A stretch of 43,263 nucleotides of DNA from a virus. A model generated the notes under the pieces. It was not told the origin of the DNA. It saw only the letters and a program-made list of their open reading frames with translations, and did no database searches. This document shows, in pieces, positions 1-7,311 of this stretch (the first letter of the stretch is position 1; each line of letters begins with the position of its first letter). The position numbers and the translations under genes were made by a program. The stretch is from positions 1-43,263 of IMG/VR virus record IMGVR_UViG_3300045988_018894, one strand, 5' to 3'.

Positions 1-119
1 AGGACGGATTCCGTTCGCCAAGGACATCAAGTCCATGCTTCAGGGCTACACGGTGTCCCGCATGGATGCAGACGCGGTTTCGGACTTTATTGCTGCGGCG
101 CAGCTGTTTACAAAGGCCA
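1..119. repeat. Terminal overlap, copy 1 (identical to 43145-43263)
   Basis: Direct comparison of both ends: aggacggattccgttcgccaaggacatcaag...cagctgtttacaaaggcca is present at both. Confidence 0.95.
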
Positions 120-970
120 CACAGGGCGACGGGCAGAAAACCACGCTCTATGCATTCAAACAGCTTCTGGTGACCGGCAGTAAGATCTTCGGCGTTTCCG
201 TCGGCAACATCGAGCGCGACACTTGGGCGGTGGCGCGAAGCATCGCACAGGAGACCGGCAGTTACTGGGCGATGTATCAGATGGAGCAGATGATTTACCG
301 CGTCGCTCCGGACGCAAAAAACTCATCGCGGTACTACTCGATCCTCTATCACGCATTGCAGGATGACAAGGCCGCGTACGACCGGATTTATGCCGATCTT
401 ATCAGTAAGGGCTATACTGATAAGCAGATCAAGACCGGCATGAAGAACGCCATCAAGAACGCTGGCGGGAGCGATATGCTCTCACAGCTCGAAGACGTTG
501 GATTCAGCCGTGAGGATGCAGAAACCGTTATCAAACAGCAGGAATTCAAGCAGTCCTACGGCTTCTCATACGATGATCTTGCCGATGAATATGCTGACGG
601 GAATATTTCTCGCCGAGAGGTAATTCGGGCGTTGCAGAACGTCGGCGGTCTGTCTGCGGAAGATGCGGAGCTGAAGGCTACGGCGTACGACTGGAAAAAC
701 GCTGGAGTGTCTGATGCGACGAATGCCATCGTCAAGGCGTATCAGAGTTACGGTTCCGATGCAGGATTCGACAAGAAATCCTTTGCGGAGGCGTACAAGG
801 ATCTTAACGCGGTTAAAGGCGAGGATACCGACGGCGACGGGAAGATCGAGAAGAAGGAGTTTGTCCTGCAAGAGATCAACAAAATGAGCATAACCTCTGC
901 ACAAAAGGACGCACTCTATCGGATGATGGGCTACGGAGAGAAACAACTGGCAAAGGCTCCGTGGCATTAA
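2..970 (+). CDS. 3' end of the giant 2,881-aa ORF that starts at 35469 and crosses the circular junction
   Basis: The frame of track ORF 35..970 matches the frame opened at 35469 once position 1 is equated with 43145. The reading frame is open from base 2 and the stop is TAA at 968-970. An EF-hand-type loop DTDGDGKIEKKE is encoded at 824-859. Confidence 0.85.
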   Translation, partial: GRIPFAKDIKSMLQGYTVSRMDADAVSDFIAAAQLFTKATQGDGQKTTLYAFKQLLVTGSKIFGVSVGNIERDTWAVARSIAQETGSYWAMYQMEQMIYRVAPDAKNSSRYYSILYHALQDDKAAYDRIYADLISKGYTDKQIKTGMKNAIKNAGGSDMLSQLEDVGFSREDAETVIKQQEFKQSYGFSYDDLADEYADGNISRREVIRALQNVGGLSAEDAELKATAYDWKNAGVSDATNAIVKAYQSYGSDAGFDKKSFAEAYKDLNAVKGEDTDGDGKIEKKEFVLQEINKMSITSAQKDALYRMMGYGEKQLAKAPWH

Positions 971-980
971 CCCTCTGGGC

Positions 981-1014
981 GGGGAGTGGGCAACCGGACG
1001 CCGCCCCACTCCCC
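981..1014 (+). terminator. GC-rich stem-loop after the giant ORF (no U-tract)
   Basis: GGGGAGTGGG (981-990) pairs perfectly with CCCACTCCCC (1005-1014). It is not followed by a T-run, so it may be an attenuator or RNA-stability element rather than a full terminator. Confidence 0.3.
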
Positions 1015-1053
1015 CGCGCAAGCTCCGCAGGCTCACGGCGCGGGGGGAAAGCA

Positions 1054-1308
1054 ATGAATAGCCAACATAAGGAGATCCGCGCGAGATTGTCGCGGATGGC
1101 TCCGCTCCGGGCGATCAACTACGTCAAGGCATTTGACTTGCCGCCCATGGAGGAGGCGTGCATCATTGAGTGTGATGTGCGTGGCCGAAGCTGCGTAGAC
1201 GTGGCGATGGCTTTGTTTGTGTCTCCCGACACAATCAAAAACTGCAGACGCAGGGCATATGGCAAAATGGCCGATGGGATCTCGTTTGGGATTTGCGGCA
1301 CGGAATGA
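1054..1308 (+). CDS. Small sigma-70 region-4-like HTH protein (84 aa), possible late or accessory transcription regulator
   Basis: The ATG at 1054 follows GGGGGGAAAG. The C-terminal segment SCVDVAMALFVSPDTIKNCRRRAYGKM resembles a sigma region 4 / LuxR-type HTH. The track start at 961 overlaps the upstream hairpin and was not used. Confidence 0.55.
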   Translation: MNSQHKEIRARLSRMAPLRAINYVKAFDLPPMEEACIIECDVRGRSCVDVAMALFVSPDTIKNCRRRAYGKMADGISFGICGTE

Positions 1309-1333
1309 GGAGGGCGAAAGCCCTCCTTTTTTT
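1307..1333 (+). terminator. Rho-independent terminator
   Basis: Stem GAGGAGGGC / GCCCTCC with a GAAA loop, followed by TTTTTTT. Confidence 0.75.
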
Positions 1334-1362
1334 ACACTTTTGGGCACGATTGCCTACCGTTT

Positions 1363-1391
1363 TTGATAGAGGATCTGCGGTAAACTATAGG
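1363..1391 (+). promoter_or_regulatory. Candidate sigma-A-type promoter (TTGATA-17 nt-TATAGG)
   Basis: The hexamers, read by eye, lie between the terminator and the ORF at 1410. Confidence 0.25.
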
Positions 1392-1409
1392 CAGAAAGGA
1401 CGTGATCTA

Positions 1410-1709
1410 ATGCTGTACGGGTATTCGCCCGCATACCAGCGGCGCGAGATTGTGCGTGTCAACGGGCGAGGTGGCGTGAACGCCTATCAGATGGCGCCGA
1501 ACTGCAGCGAACTGCTGCTCGATGAGACTGCCCCTATTGTATGGCTTTGCCAAACGGATGGAGCCGGATACAAGACGGCGACACCCTATGACATTGCTCC
1601 TCATGTAGATGCGCCGCCGGTTGATTTGGCGGCATTGGCCGAGAGAATCTCAAGATTGGAGGCGGCGCTGAATGAATCCCATCCTGCAACAGCTGAGCGG
1701 GCAGAATAG
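1410..1709 (+). CDS. Hypothetical protein (99 aa)
   Basis: ATG at 1410, 10 nt after AAAGGA. Clean ORF. Sequence: MLYGYSPAYQRREIVRVNGRGGVNAYQMAPN... Confidence 0.6.
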   Translation: MLYGYSPAYQRREIVRVNGRGGVNAYQMAPNCSELLLDETAPIVWLCQTDGAGYKTATPYDIAPHVDAPPVDLAALAERISRLEAALNESHPATAERAE

Positions 1710-1908
1710 CGGCGTAGCACGCGCCGTGCAGATGTATCACGCATATCAGGCGGCACAAAATCCCGCGCTGGCCATGCAGCAAATCTTGAATCAGAACCCA
1801 ATGCTGAATCAGATTCGCCAGTTGAACGGCGGGAATCTCCAGCAGACATTTTATGCAATGTGCCAGTCTCAAGGCGTGGATCCGCAGACGATCCTGTCTC
1901 AGTTTTAG
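1672..1908 (+). CDS. Hypothetical Q/N-rich protein (78 aa)
   Basis: ATG preceded by TGGAGGCGGCGCTGA. It overlaps the upstream ORF by 38 nt in another frame. Confidence 0.55.
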   Translation: MNPILQQLSGQNSGVARAVQMYHAYQAAQNPALAMQQILNQNPMLNQIRQLNGGNLQQTFYAMCQSQGVDPQTILSQF

Positions 1909-1911
1909 TGA

Positions 1912-1934
1912 ATTTTCACAGCGCGCGTGAAAAT
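1912..1934. promoter_or_regulatory. 8-bp inverted repeat ATTTTCAC-N7-GTGAAAAT upstream of the gene at 1960
   Basis: Perfect 8-bp arms, followed by TAATAT. Could be an operator or an RNA hairpin. Confidence 0.3.
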
Positions 1935-1959
1935 AATATGAAAAACGGAGGGAACAAAC

Positions 1960-2559
1960 ATGAACGACTCTATGTCTCCCGCTGATTTCGCGGCGGTGAG
2001 CGGCGGCGGTTTCGGCGGCTTCGGCGGCGAAGGGCTTTGGCTCTTTGCAATCCTTGCCCTGATGGGCGGTGGATTTGGCAACTTTGGCGGCAACCGGGAG
2101 CGCAACGCTACGGTCGGCGATGTTCAGCGTGCGACCGATTTCGCTGCGCTGGAGCGCCAGAACAACGAAACGGTGGCAGCGGTCCGTCAGGCGGCGTATG
2201 ACAACGCAGGCGCGATCAAGGACGGCAACTACAACATCCTCGGCGAGCTGAGGGATCTCCAGATGACGACAGCATCCGGCTTTGGCGAACAGAAGGAGTG
2301 CTGCTGCGAGACGCTTCGTGCCATCGACGGGGTTAACTACAACGGCGCGATCAACACGGCAAGCATCAACGCCAACACGACCGCGCAGACGCAGAAGATC
2401 CTTGATGCGCTGGCTCAGAACAAAATCGATAGCCTGCAGAATCAGATCAACCAGCTGACGCTCCAGAACGCCATGTGCGGCGTTCCGCGTGTGAACCCGT
2501 ATGGGTTCGGCATCGTGCCTCAGTTCGCGATGAGCGGCTGCGGCTGCGGTAACATCTGA
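1960..2559 (+). CDS. Gly-rich membrane-associated protein with coiled-coil middle and Cys-rich C-terminus (199 aa)
   Basis: RBS ACGGAGGG. N-terminus GGGFGGFGGEGLWLFAILALMGGGFGNFGG (hydrophobic span flanked by FGG repeats), an internal CCCE, and the C-terminal end MSGCGCGNI. Confidence 0.7.
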   Translation: MNDSMSPADFAAVSGGGFGGFGGEGLWLFAILALMGGGFGNFGGNRERNATVGDVQRATDFAALERQNNETVAAVRQAAYDNAGAIKDGNYNILGELRDLQMTTASGFGEQKECCCETLRAIDGVNYNGAINTASINANTTAQTQKILDALAQNKIDSLQNQINQLTLQNAMCGVPRVNPYGFGIVPQFAMSGCGCGNI

Positions 2560-2585
2560 GCATCGCCCCTGCTGGGCATGAGGAA

Positions 2586-2613
2586 GGCGGGGCAAAAGCC
2601 CCGCCTGTTTTTT
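2586..2613 (+). terminator. Rho-independent terminator
   Basis: GGCGGGGC-AAAA-GCCCCGCC followed by TGTTTTTT. Confidence 0.8.
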
Positions 2614-2627
2614 GAAAGGAGCATTTT

Positions 2628-3029
2628 ATGAGTTGTAATTCTATTCTTTTTACTGCGATGACCTCTCCCACCTCTGTGGCCGCTGGCGGAGACATTCCTC
2701 TCGGCAACGTTGTTCGTCGCTATGGATGCGGCGCGGCGCTGAGGGGGAATGCCATTTCCTTGGCTGGCGACGGCTACTATGATGCGGACGTGTCTGTGAC
2801 TGTGGTTCCTGCGGCAGCCAGCACGGTGACTGTGACGCTCCTGCAGGACGGCGTAGCAATCCCTGGCGCGACTGCGTCGGCGACCGTGGCGGCTACGGAT
2901 ACGTCGGTGACGCTTTCCTTCCCCGCTGCGGTACGGCTCCTGCGGTACTCTCCGAGGGCTACGCTGCGTCTGACGCTTAGCGCAGCTGGCAGCGTGACCA
3001 ATGCCGCCGTCACCGTGCGGAAGCTGTGA
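2628..3029 (+). CDS. Small beta-rich protein resembling a BclA C-terminal / C1q-TNF-like jelly-roll domain (133 aa)
   Basis: RBS AAAGGAG. The size and the pattern of alternating hydrophobic strands (ISLAGDGYYDADVSVTVVP, VTVTLLQDGVAIPGA, VTLSFPAAVRL, AAVTVRKL) are recalled from BclA-CTD-like proteins. Not verified by search. Confidence 0.4.
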   Translation: MSCNSILFTAMTSPTSVAAGGDIPLGNVVRRYGCGAALRGNAISLAGDGYYDADVSVTVVPAAASTVTVTLLQDGVAIPGATASATVAATDTSVTLSFPAAVRLLRYSPRATLRLTLSAAGSVTNAAVTVRKL

Positions 3030-3037
3030 GGTGCGGC

Positions 3038-3511
3038 ATGAAGGACAAGGTTAAAGCGTACTGTGAGCGCCTTGAGAAAGGGCTGGCCGAGTATATGTCC
3101 ATGCCGGTATCCGAGCGGAGCGCGACCGCCGTCACGGCGATGGTGGAGTGCTATGAGCATATTAAGGCGTATGCCGAATCGCTGGAGTGCGTGAGCGATT
3201 TCTCCCGCGCAGACGCAGAGGCGTGGTGCGAGAAGATGGAGAATGCTGACGGCACAACCGGCGCACACTGGACAAAGGAACAGACCACCAGCGTCGCGGA
3301 AAGTCTCGGCGTGACGTGGGATCACATCACCCCGTGGTGCTGGTGGGTCGCGATGAACATGATGTACTCGGACTACTGTCTTGTCGCGGAGCGGCACGGC
3401 GTTTTTACGGCTGAGTTTTACGGAGACTTGGCAAAGGCGTTTTTGTGGGATAAGGATGCGCCGGAACCAAAAGCGAAACTGGCGGCGTACTATTGCGCTA
3501 TCGCGAAGTGA
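3038..3511 (+). CDS. Hypothetical protein (157 aa)
   Basis: The ATG at 3038 follows GAGGTG. Clean ORF with no family recognised. Confidence 0.6.
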   Translation: MKDKVKAYCERLEKGLAEYMSMPVSERSATAVTAMVECYEHIKAYAESLECVSDFSRADAEAWCEKMENADGTTGAHWTKEQTTSVAESLGVTWDHITPWCWWVAMNMMYSDYCLVAERHGVFTAEFYGDLAKAFLWDKDAPEPKAKLAAYYCAIAK

Positions 3512-3517
3512 AGAAAA

Positions 3518-3544
3518 CTCCCCCAGCCAAAATGGCTGGGGGAG
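3518..3544. terminator. Hairpin terminator between convergent genes
   Basis: CTCCCCCAGCC-AAAAT-GGCTGGGGGAG. The T-rich tract (TTTTCTT) lies on the minus-strand side, so it is best placed to terminate the integrase transcript. Confidence 0.65.
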
Positions 3545-3590
3545 TTAGGTGTAGTTTACGCTATATAGCGGCAGTGTAAACTGTGCCTAA
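3545..3590. other. Candidate attP core for the serine integrase
   Basis: Imperfect 15-bp inverted arms, TTAGGTGTAGTTTAC (3545-3559) and GTAAACTGTGCCTAA (3576-3590), match 12/15. They flank a 16-bp centre containing the perfect palindrome GCTATATAGC. The patch is AT-rich and abuts the int stop codon. Confidence 0.4.
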
Positions 3591-4903
3591 CGCGTGGTTA
3601 CAAAAAATGCGCCATTGTTGTCGGCGTCAATGCGCTTGATGGTGCGAGTCCAAAATTCTTTTTTTTCGATCCGCGAGAGCCCTGGATACTGTGCGATGGC
3701 CTCATGCAAACTGGCTATGTCTGGGGGATCTGGAGTCTCAACTTGCGCGGCGTGGAGCTGCTCCTGCAATTTGTCATAGTCGGCGCGATAGGTTGGCATA
3801 TCAATCATCTCTGCGAGGTACAGTTCTTTCAGCCGATCAAGCTTGCGCAAGATCTTGGCTGGGTCAATCCGAGACTTTCTCTCGCGCCCCTTTTTGGTTG
3901 AAGAGTAGGCCGTTTTGACTATATGCTCCAGCTCTGCGAGTAGGTATATTTCGAGTTCCGATTCGCGGACCCGTTTGGTATGTGGGCAAGCCGTAATATC
4001 AAGCATGTGGGAGCGGCAACGATAATAAGTGTAAACTTTCTTGACTGTCTCGGACTGCATCGATCGGCCACATTCGCGGCAATAAATCAGCCCAGAGAAC
4101 AAATATATGTGAGGGGTTTCGACTCCGCTGCATCGCTGTGCTTGCTTCGCGATGATCTCCTGCGCCAAGTCGAAGTCCTCTTTGGATACAAGCGCAGGGA
4201 TCCGATTAGGTATACCGTGTACCTCTCCGATGTAGAGACGGTTCCGGAGTGCGCGATTAAACGTGTTGTACACGGCATCAATGCCCCACTGATCCATCAT
4301 ATATCTACGCGTAGCGTTGACGCTGCGCGTTTGGATATAATGCGTAAACATTGCTTGCACGGCGGGGGCGTCTTTCGTCTGAACGTAATCCCCATCCTTG
4401 ACCATCAGCCCGATAGGAGCCTTGGAGCTGATGGGTACACCCTTGGCTCTTCGACCATCGTTTACAAAGCGAATCCGCTCACTGGTTCTGTCGGCCTCAT
4501 CCTGCGCGACGGAAAGCATGATGTTGACCTTTAGCCGTCCTGCGGCGGTCTGGGTCTCATAGTTCTCCTCGGTGGCGCACCACGTCACACCGGCTTTTTC
4601 GAGGACGGGCTGGACGGCGTAATAGTCCGCGACATTTCTAAACCAGCGGTCGAGTTTGATAAAATAAATGGTGTCGATCTTACCGGCCTCGCAGTCCTCC
4701 AACAAGCGTAGGAGCGCCGGCCGCTTTTTGTAAGGCTTGCGGGCGGAGATCCCCGCGTCCTCGTAGATGCCCACGACCTCAAGGCCGTGGGCTTTGGCGT
4801 AGGCAAGGAGTCGCGCTTTTTGCTCCGCGAGGGAGTATCCATGGCGGGCTTGCTCCTCGCTGGAGACGCGTACATAGAGCGCGGCGCGTATTTGCTTTGG
4901 CAT
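3587..4903 (-). CDS. int: Large serine recombinase (phage integrase), 438 aa
   Basis: Resolvase-type N-terminus AALYVRVSSEEQ with catalytic-Ser context, a recombinase domain, a Cys cluster (CRECG...YYRC...CPH) and a C-terminal coiled coil. Confidence 0.9.
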   Translation of the reverse strand: MPKQIRAALYVRVSSEEQARHGYSLAEQKARLLAYAKAHGLEVVGIYEDAGISARKPYKKRPALLRLLEDCEAGKIDTIYFIKLDRWFRNVADYYAVQPVLEKAGVTWCATEENYETQTAAGRLKVNIMLSVAQDEADRTSERIRFVNDGRRAKGVPISSKAPIGLMVKDGDYVQTKDAPAVQAMFTHYIQTRSVNATRRYMMDQWGIDAVYNTFNRALRNRLYIGEVHGIPNRIPALVSKEDFDLAQEIIAKQAQRCSGVETPHIYLFSGLIYCRECGRSMQSETVKKVYTYYRCRSHMLDITACPHTKRVRESELEIYLLAELEHIVKTAYSSTKKGRERKSRIDPAKILRKLDRLKELYLAEMIDMPTYRADYDKLQEQLHAAQVETPDPPDIASLHEAIAQYPGLSRIEKKEFWTRTIKRIDADNNGAFFVTTR

Positions 4904-4906
4904 GGG

Positions 4907-5314
4907 TTACCTCCTGATAAATCCGATTTTGCCGCATAGGATATCGAGCGTCACCCCGTACACCAGCACGACAAGCGCAAGGATAAATAGGGCTAAAATG
5001 ATCCTCTTTTTTGTTGCAATTGATCTCTCCAGCATAGCGCATCGCTCGTCGCCGAACGCGATCTGCTGGAGCAGGAGCTTGCGCTCGGAGTCTGAGACAG
5101 GCTCATCCTGCGGGTTGATTCCAAAAAACTGGTTGATCGATACGCCGAGTACGGCGCAAATGGGGCCAGCCGTGTAAACGGACGGAGCCTTTGACCCCGC
5201 CGTAAAAAAGTTGCTGACTGTTGAGATCGGGACGCCGGATTGCTCTGCAATGTCTGCGTTGGTCATCCCTTTGTCGTGCCGAGCCTTACGGCACAGATCC
5301 TGCAAACTGTCCAT
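4907..5314 (-). CDS. XRE-family HTH protein with C-terminal transmembrane anchor (135 aa from the ATG at 5314)
   Basis: HTH GMTNADIAEQSGVPISTVSNFF and C-terminal hydrophobic span IILALFILALVVLVYGVTLDIL. The stop is 3 nt from the int start. Start uncertain: the track ORF extends to 5434. Confidence 0.65.
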   Translation of the reverse strand: MDSLQDLCRKARHDKGMTNADIAEQSGVPISTVSNFFTAGSKAPSVYTAGPICAVLGVSINQFFGINPQDEPVSDSERKLLLQQIAFGDERCAMLERSIATKKRIILALFILALVVLVYGVTLDILCGKIGFIRR

Positions 5315-5476
5315 TTGGATTACAGTACATCTCCTTTTTGTCTCCCCGCATCTTGGCACAGATGCCAAGATGTGGGGAGTGAGCTTCTGCGTGCGCATGC
5401 CAGCAGACTGAGTTGCGATATCAAGGGCGTACATGATACGATAGACGCAACGGGGCGGTTATAGCCCACCGCTCCT

Positions 5477-5516
5477 CAGGATCCGCGGCGCTGCTGCGGA
5501 GGCGCCGTGGATCCTG
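5477..5516 (-). terminator. 15-bp-stem hairpin downstream of the membrane-protein gene (no clear U-tract)
   Basis: CAGGATCCGCGGCGC (5477-5491) pairs with GCGCCGTGGATCCTG (5502-5516) with one G-U pair. Confidence 0.35.
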
Positions 5517-5529
5517 TTAAACCGTACAT

Positions 5530-5829
5530 TTAGTCGTCGCGCAGATCCCCGGTCACGGATCCGGCGAGTTTTCCACGGCGCTTTAAGATGGTCGTGCCAA
5601 CGTAATAAGTGGTAAAAAAGCAAATCACGCAGTCCATGATTACGATGACGCGGAGCAAGTCGCTGCCCATGGAGGCAAACATTCTGCCGGGGCCGAGGAT
5701 CGCAAACACGATAGATAACCCCCGATATCCCTTTGGGGTCATTGGCTTTTTTCTCAGCCCGGCGACGAGCCACGGGATAATACCCACGGCGAGGACGTCG
5801 GCGAGAAGAGCAAGTGCGTAATTGAGCAT
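5530..5829 (-). CDS. Small integral membrane protein, about 3 TM segments (99 aa); possible lysogeny-expressed moron
   Basis: Strong RBS GGAGGG 5 nt upstream. The sequence is hydrophobic throughout. Confidence 0.7.
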   Translation of the reverse strand: MLNYALALLADVLAVGIIPWLVAGLRKKPMTPKGYRGLSIVFAILGPGRMFASMGSDLLRVIVIMDCVICFFTTYYVGTTILKRRGKLAGSVTGDLRDD

Positions 5830-5861
5830 AAAATCCCTCCAAACAATGATTTATTAATTTT

Positions 5862-5890
5862 AGTTTACGGCAAATCGTCTGCATCTGCAA
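5862..5890 (-). promoter_or_regulatory. Candidate promoter TTGCAG-17 nt-TAAACT for the membrane-protein gene
   Basis: Hexamers read on the minus strand within an AT-rich patch. Confidence 0.3.
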
Positions 5891-5980
5891 GGCAAAGTTT
5901 CCGCGCCGGGCGTATTTGGATGATTGCACAAGTACCGACGCGCCAATGAAGCAAAACGCCGAAACGGAAGGGGAATTTGG

Positions 5981-6082
5981 ATGGAACGAGGAGACCTGAT
6001 CCGCAAAATCTGCGCACAGCTGGACAGTTTGCCGCCGCCAGTCCTGCGCGTAGCTCTCGCGTTTGTGCGGGGACTACATTAG
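5981..6082 (+). CDS. Possible small ORF (33 aa), MERGDLIRKICAQLDSLPPPVLRVALAFVRGLH
   Basis: ATG after GGAAGGGGAATTTGG, with a terminator following immediately. Too short for the ORF track. Confidence 0.3.
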   Translation: MERGDLIRKICAQLDSLPPPVLRVALAFVRGLH

Positions 6083-6085
6083 AGT

Positions 6086-6111
6086 AAAAGCCCCCGAATC
6101 CGGGGGCTTTT
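6086..6111. terminator. Bidirectional rho-independent terminator
   Basis: AAAAGCCCCCG-AATC-CGGGGGCTTTT. It ends both the rightward small ORF and the leftward early operon. Confidence 0.8.
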
Positions 6112-6113
6112 AC

Positions 6114-6266
6114 TTACATCTTGATCGGCATTTGGCGGTACGGGGAGATCTCCTCGACAGAGATAATACGGGTGTCCCCATATCTCTCCAGATCCTGCGC
6201 GATTTGCTCCTTGACCCCGATCGCTTGGCCGACAGGGGCATTGACCTCAACGATGATTTTTATCAC
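6114..6266 (-). CDS. Small hypothetical protein (50 aa, GTG start), last gene of the early operon
   Basis: GTG after GGGAG. Sequence VIKIIVEVNAPVGQAIGVKEQIAQDLERYGDTRIISVEEISPYRQMPIKM. Below the track size cutoff. Confidence 0.45.
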   Translation of the reverse strand: MIKIIVEVNAPVGQAIGVKEQIAQDLERYGDTRIISVEEISPYRQMPIKM

Positions 6267-6447
6267 GCTCCCACACCTTTCCGATATCCGCATCTTGATG
6301 CGTAATGTCGATACACCGATCCATGATCGCTCTGCATTGAGGGCAAACGGGAGTAGGCTCTGTAGCCGCGCCCTCGCAAGTAACGCAATACCACAAATCG
6401 AGCGGGGGGATACCCCGCCATTCTGAGTGCCTTCTGGTTTCCTTCAT
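6247..6447 (-). CDS. Small zinc-ribbon-like protein (66 aa)
   Basis: CxxC...CxxC (CVTCEG...CPQC). ATG at 6447 follows GGAAGAGG. An alternative ATG lies at 6462. Confidence 0.5.
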   Translation of the reverse strand: MKETRRHSEWRGIPPLDLWYCVTCEGAATEPTPVCPQCRAIMDRCIDITHQDADIGKVWERDKNHR

Positions 6448-6448
6448 T

Positions 6449-6724
6449 TTAGCCTCTTCCATCCATTCTCGCGCCGCACCGCGGACAATACGGCGATTTT
6501 CGTTCAGCCCACATATCGCAGCAGGTTGATACATAGCCCCGCTCGACCTTCACGCCGCTACGGTACATCGGCATCCATTTACCATGCGACACGGGCGCAG
6601 CGTCCACGGTTTTTGCCGCTTCGATCGCCTTTTTTGCGTCTCTAAATGGTACAAGCAGAATGCCACGATCGTCATAGCCGTACTGGAAATTGAATTCTAA
6701 AGCATCAGCGTCAATCAACCGCAT
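6449..6724 (-). CDS. Hypothetical phage protein (91 aa), MRLIDADAL-type with C-terminal CPRCG
   Basis: RBS GGAGGTG. The N-terminal MRLIDADAL motif is recalled as common in Firmicutes prophages. Confidence 0.6.
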   Translation of the reverse strand: MRLIDADALEFNFQYGYDDRGILLVPFRDAKKAIEAAKTVDAAPVSHGKWMPMYRSGVKVERGYVSTCCDMWAERKSPYCPRCGARMDGRG

Positions 6725-7031
6725 TGTCCGCACCTCCGTTGTACTTCGGCATTGCTGCCCATGCAAGCACACCATCCCAATCTCCGCGACCTTCCAGCCC
6801 AATCAGGTTGTTGCACTCGTCACAGTCCACAGAGCAGATATCCTTGTCAACTCCCCAACTTGTGGCAACCAGAATTTCGTCACCATCATCCGGCATATCG
6901 CAGTCAAAAATATACTCTGGGACTTCATAGTCGGCATATCCTCTTTCTGCATACTCGGCCTTTTCTTCGTCTGTTAAGGCACGGCAAGTAACCTCATGCC
7001 AAGTAATCTGTTCAATGTATTCAGCCATCAT
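6711..7031 (-). CDS. DUF551-like protein (106 aa)
   Basis: W...P...vLv...AWAAMP pattern. Overlapping starts and stops indicate translational coupling. Confidence 0.5.
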   Translation of the reverse strand: MMAEYIEQITWHEVTCRALTDEEKAEYAERGYADYEVPEYIFDCDMPDDGDEILVATSWGVDKDICSVDCDECNNLIGLEGRGDWDGVLAWAAMPKYNGGADNAVD

Positions 7032-7311
7032 CTTCACCCCCGGTGTAAGACACCTTGTATTCCTCGGCCAGCGTATCGCGGATATTCTTCCGGCGCACAT
7101 AGCCGTTGTTGATTGCCGCCGCAAGCTCTTTAAGGCAATTCTGCAAATACTCAAGGCTCATTGTGTCGTGTCCGTCCGCTGTTTCCTCGCGGACGTGCCA
7201 CCCGAACTTGTCCATCAGCACCATGCCGATCATGTCCATGTTCTGCTGTGTTCCAAGCAGCTTGCCCTTCATGATCAGCCGCTCGTCTCTGGACAGATGC
7301 TGTTTAGCCAT
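7021..7311 (-). CDS. Hypothetical protein (96 aa)
   Basis: ATG at 7311, 6 nt after GGAGGG. Confidence 0.6.
   Translation of the reverse strand: MAKQHLSRDERLIMKGKLLGTQQNMDMIGMVLMDKFGWHVREETADGHDTMSLEYLQNCLKELAAAINNGYVRRKNIRDTLAEEYKVSYTGGEDDG

Noticed and set aside
1-119. The 119-bp end duplication as a biological direct terminal repeat or LTR.
   Set aside because: It lies inside an intact reading frame that continues across the junction, and its length is typical of an assembler k-mer overlap. True termini cannot be determined without read data, so this is a judgement rather than a proof.
961-1053. N-terminal extensions offered by the track for several genes: 961 for the sigma-like gene, 1293 for the 1410 gene, 21189 for terL, 27266, and 33048.
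   Set aside because: The extensions overlap terminators, hairpins or upstream genes and lack SDs. The internal ATGs have well-spaced GGAGG-type sites.
1534-2595. 353-aa minus-strand ORF. The same class includes 9124-10164 (+), 13090-14184 (+), 22077-22793 (-), 22666-23532 (-), 24945-25664 (-), 30533-31306 (-), 31727-32476 (-) and 33664-34902 (-).
   Set aside because: Each is antisense to, or out of frame with, genes that have clear motifs (MTase, SSB, terL, portal, scaffold, fibres, endolysin). Their composition is typical of GC-rich shadow frames.
3551-5869. Shared 9-mer TAGTTTACG in the attP candidate (3552) and upstream of the membrane-protein gene (5861).
   Set aside because: A single 9-mer match is expected by chance at about this frequency in 43 kb on two strands. 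There is no extended similarity.
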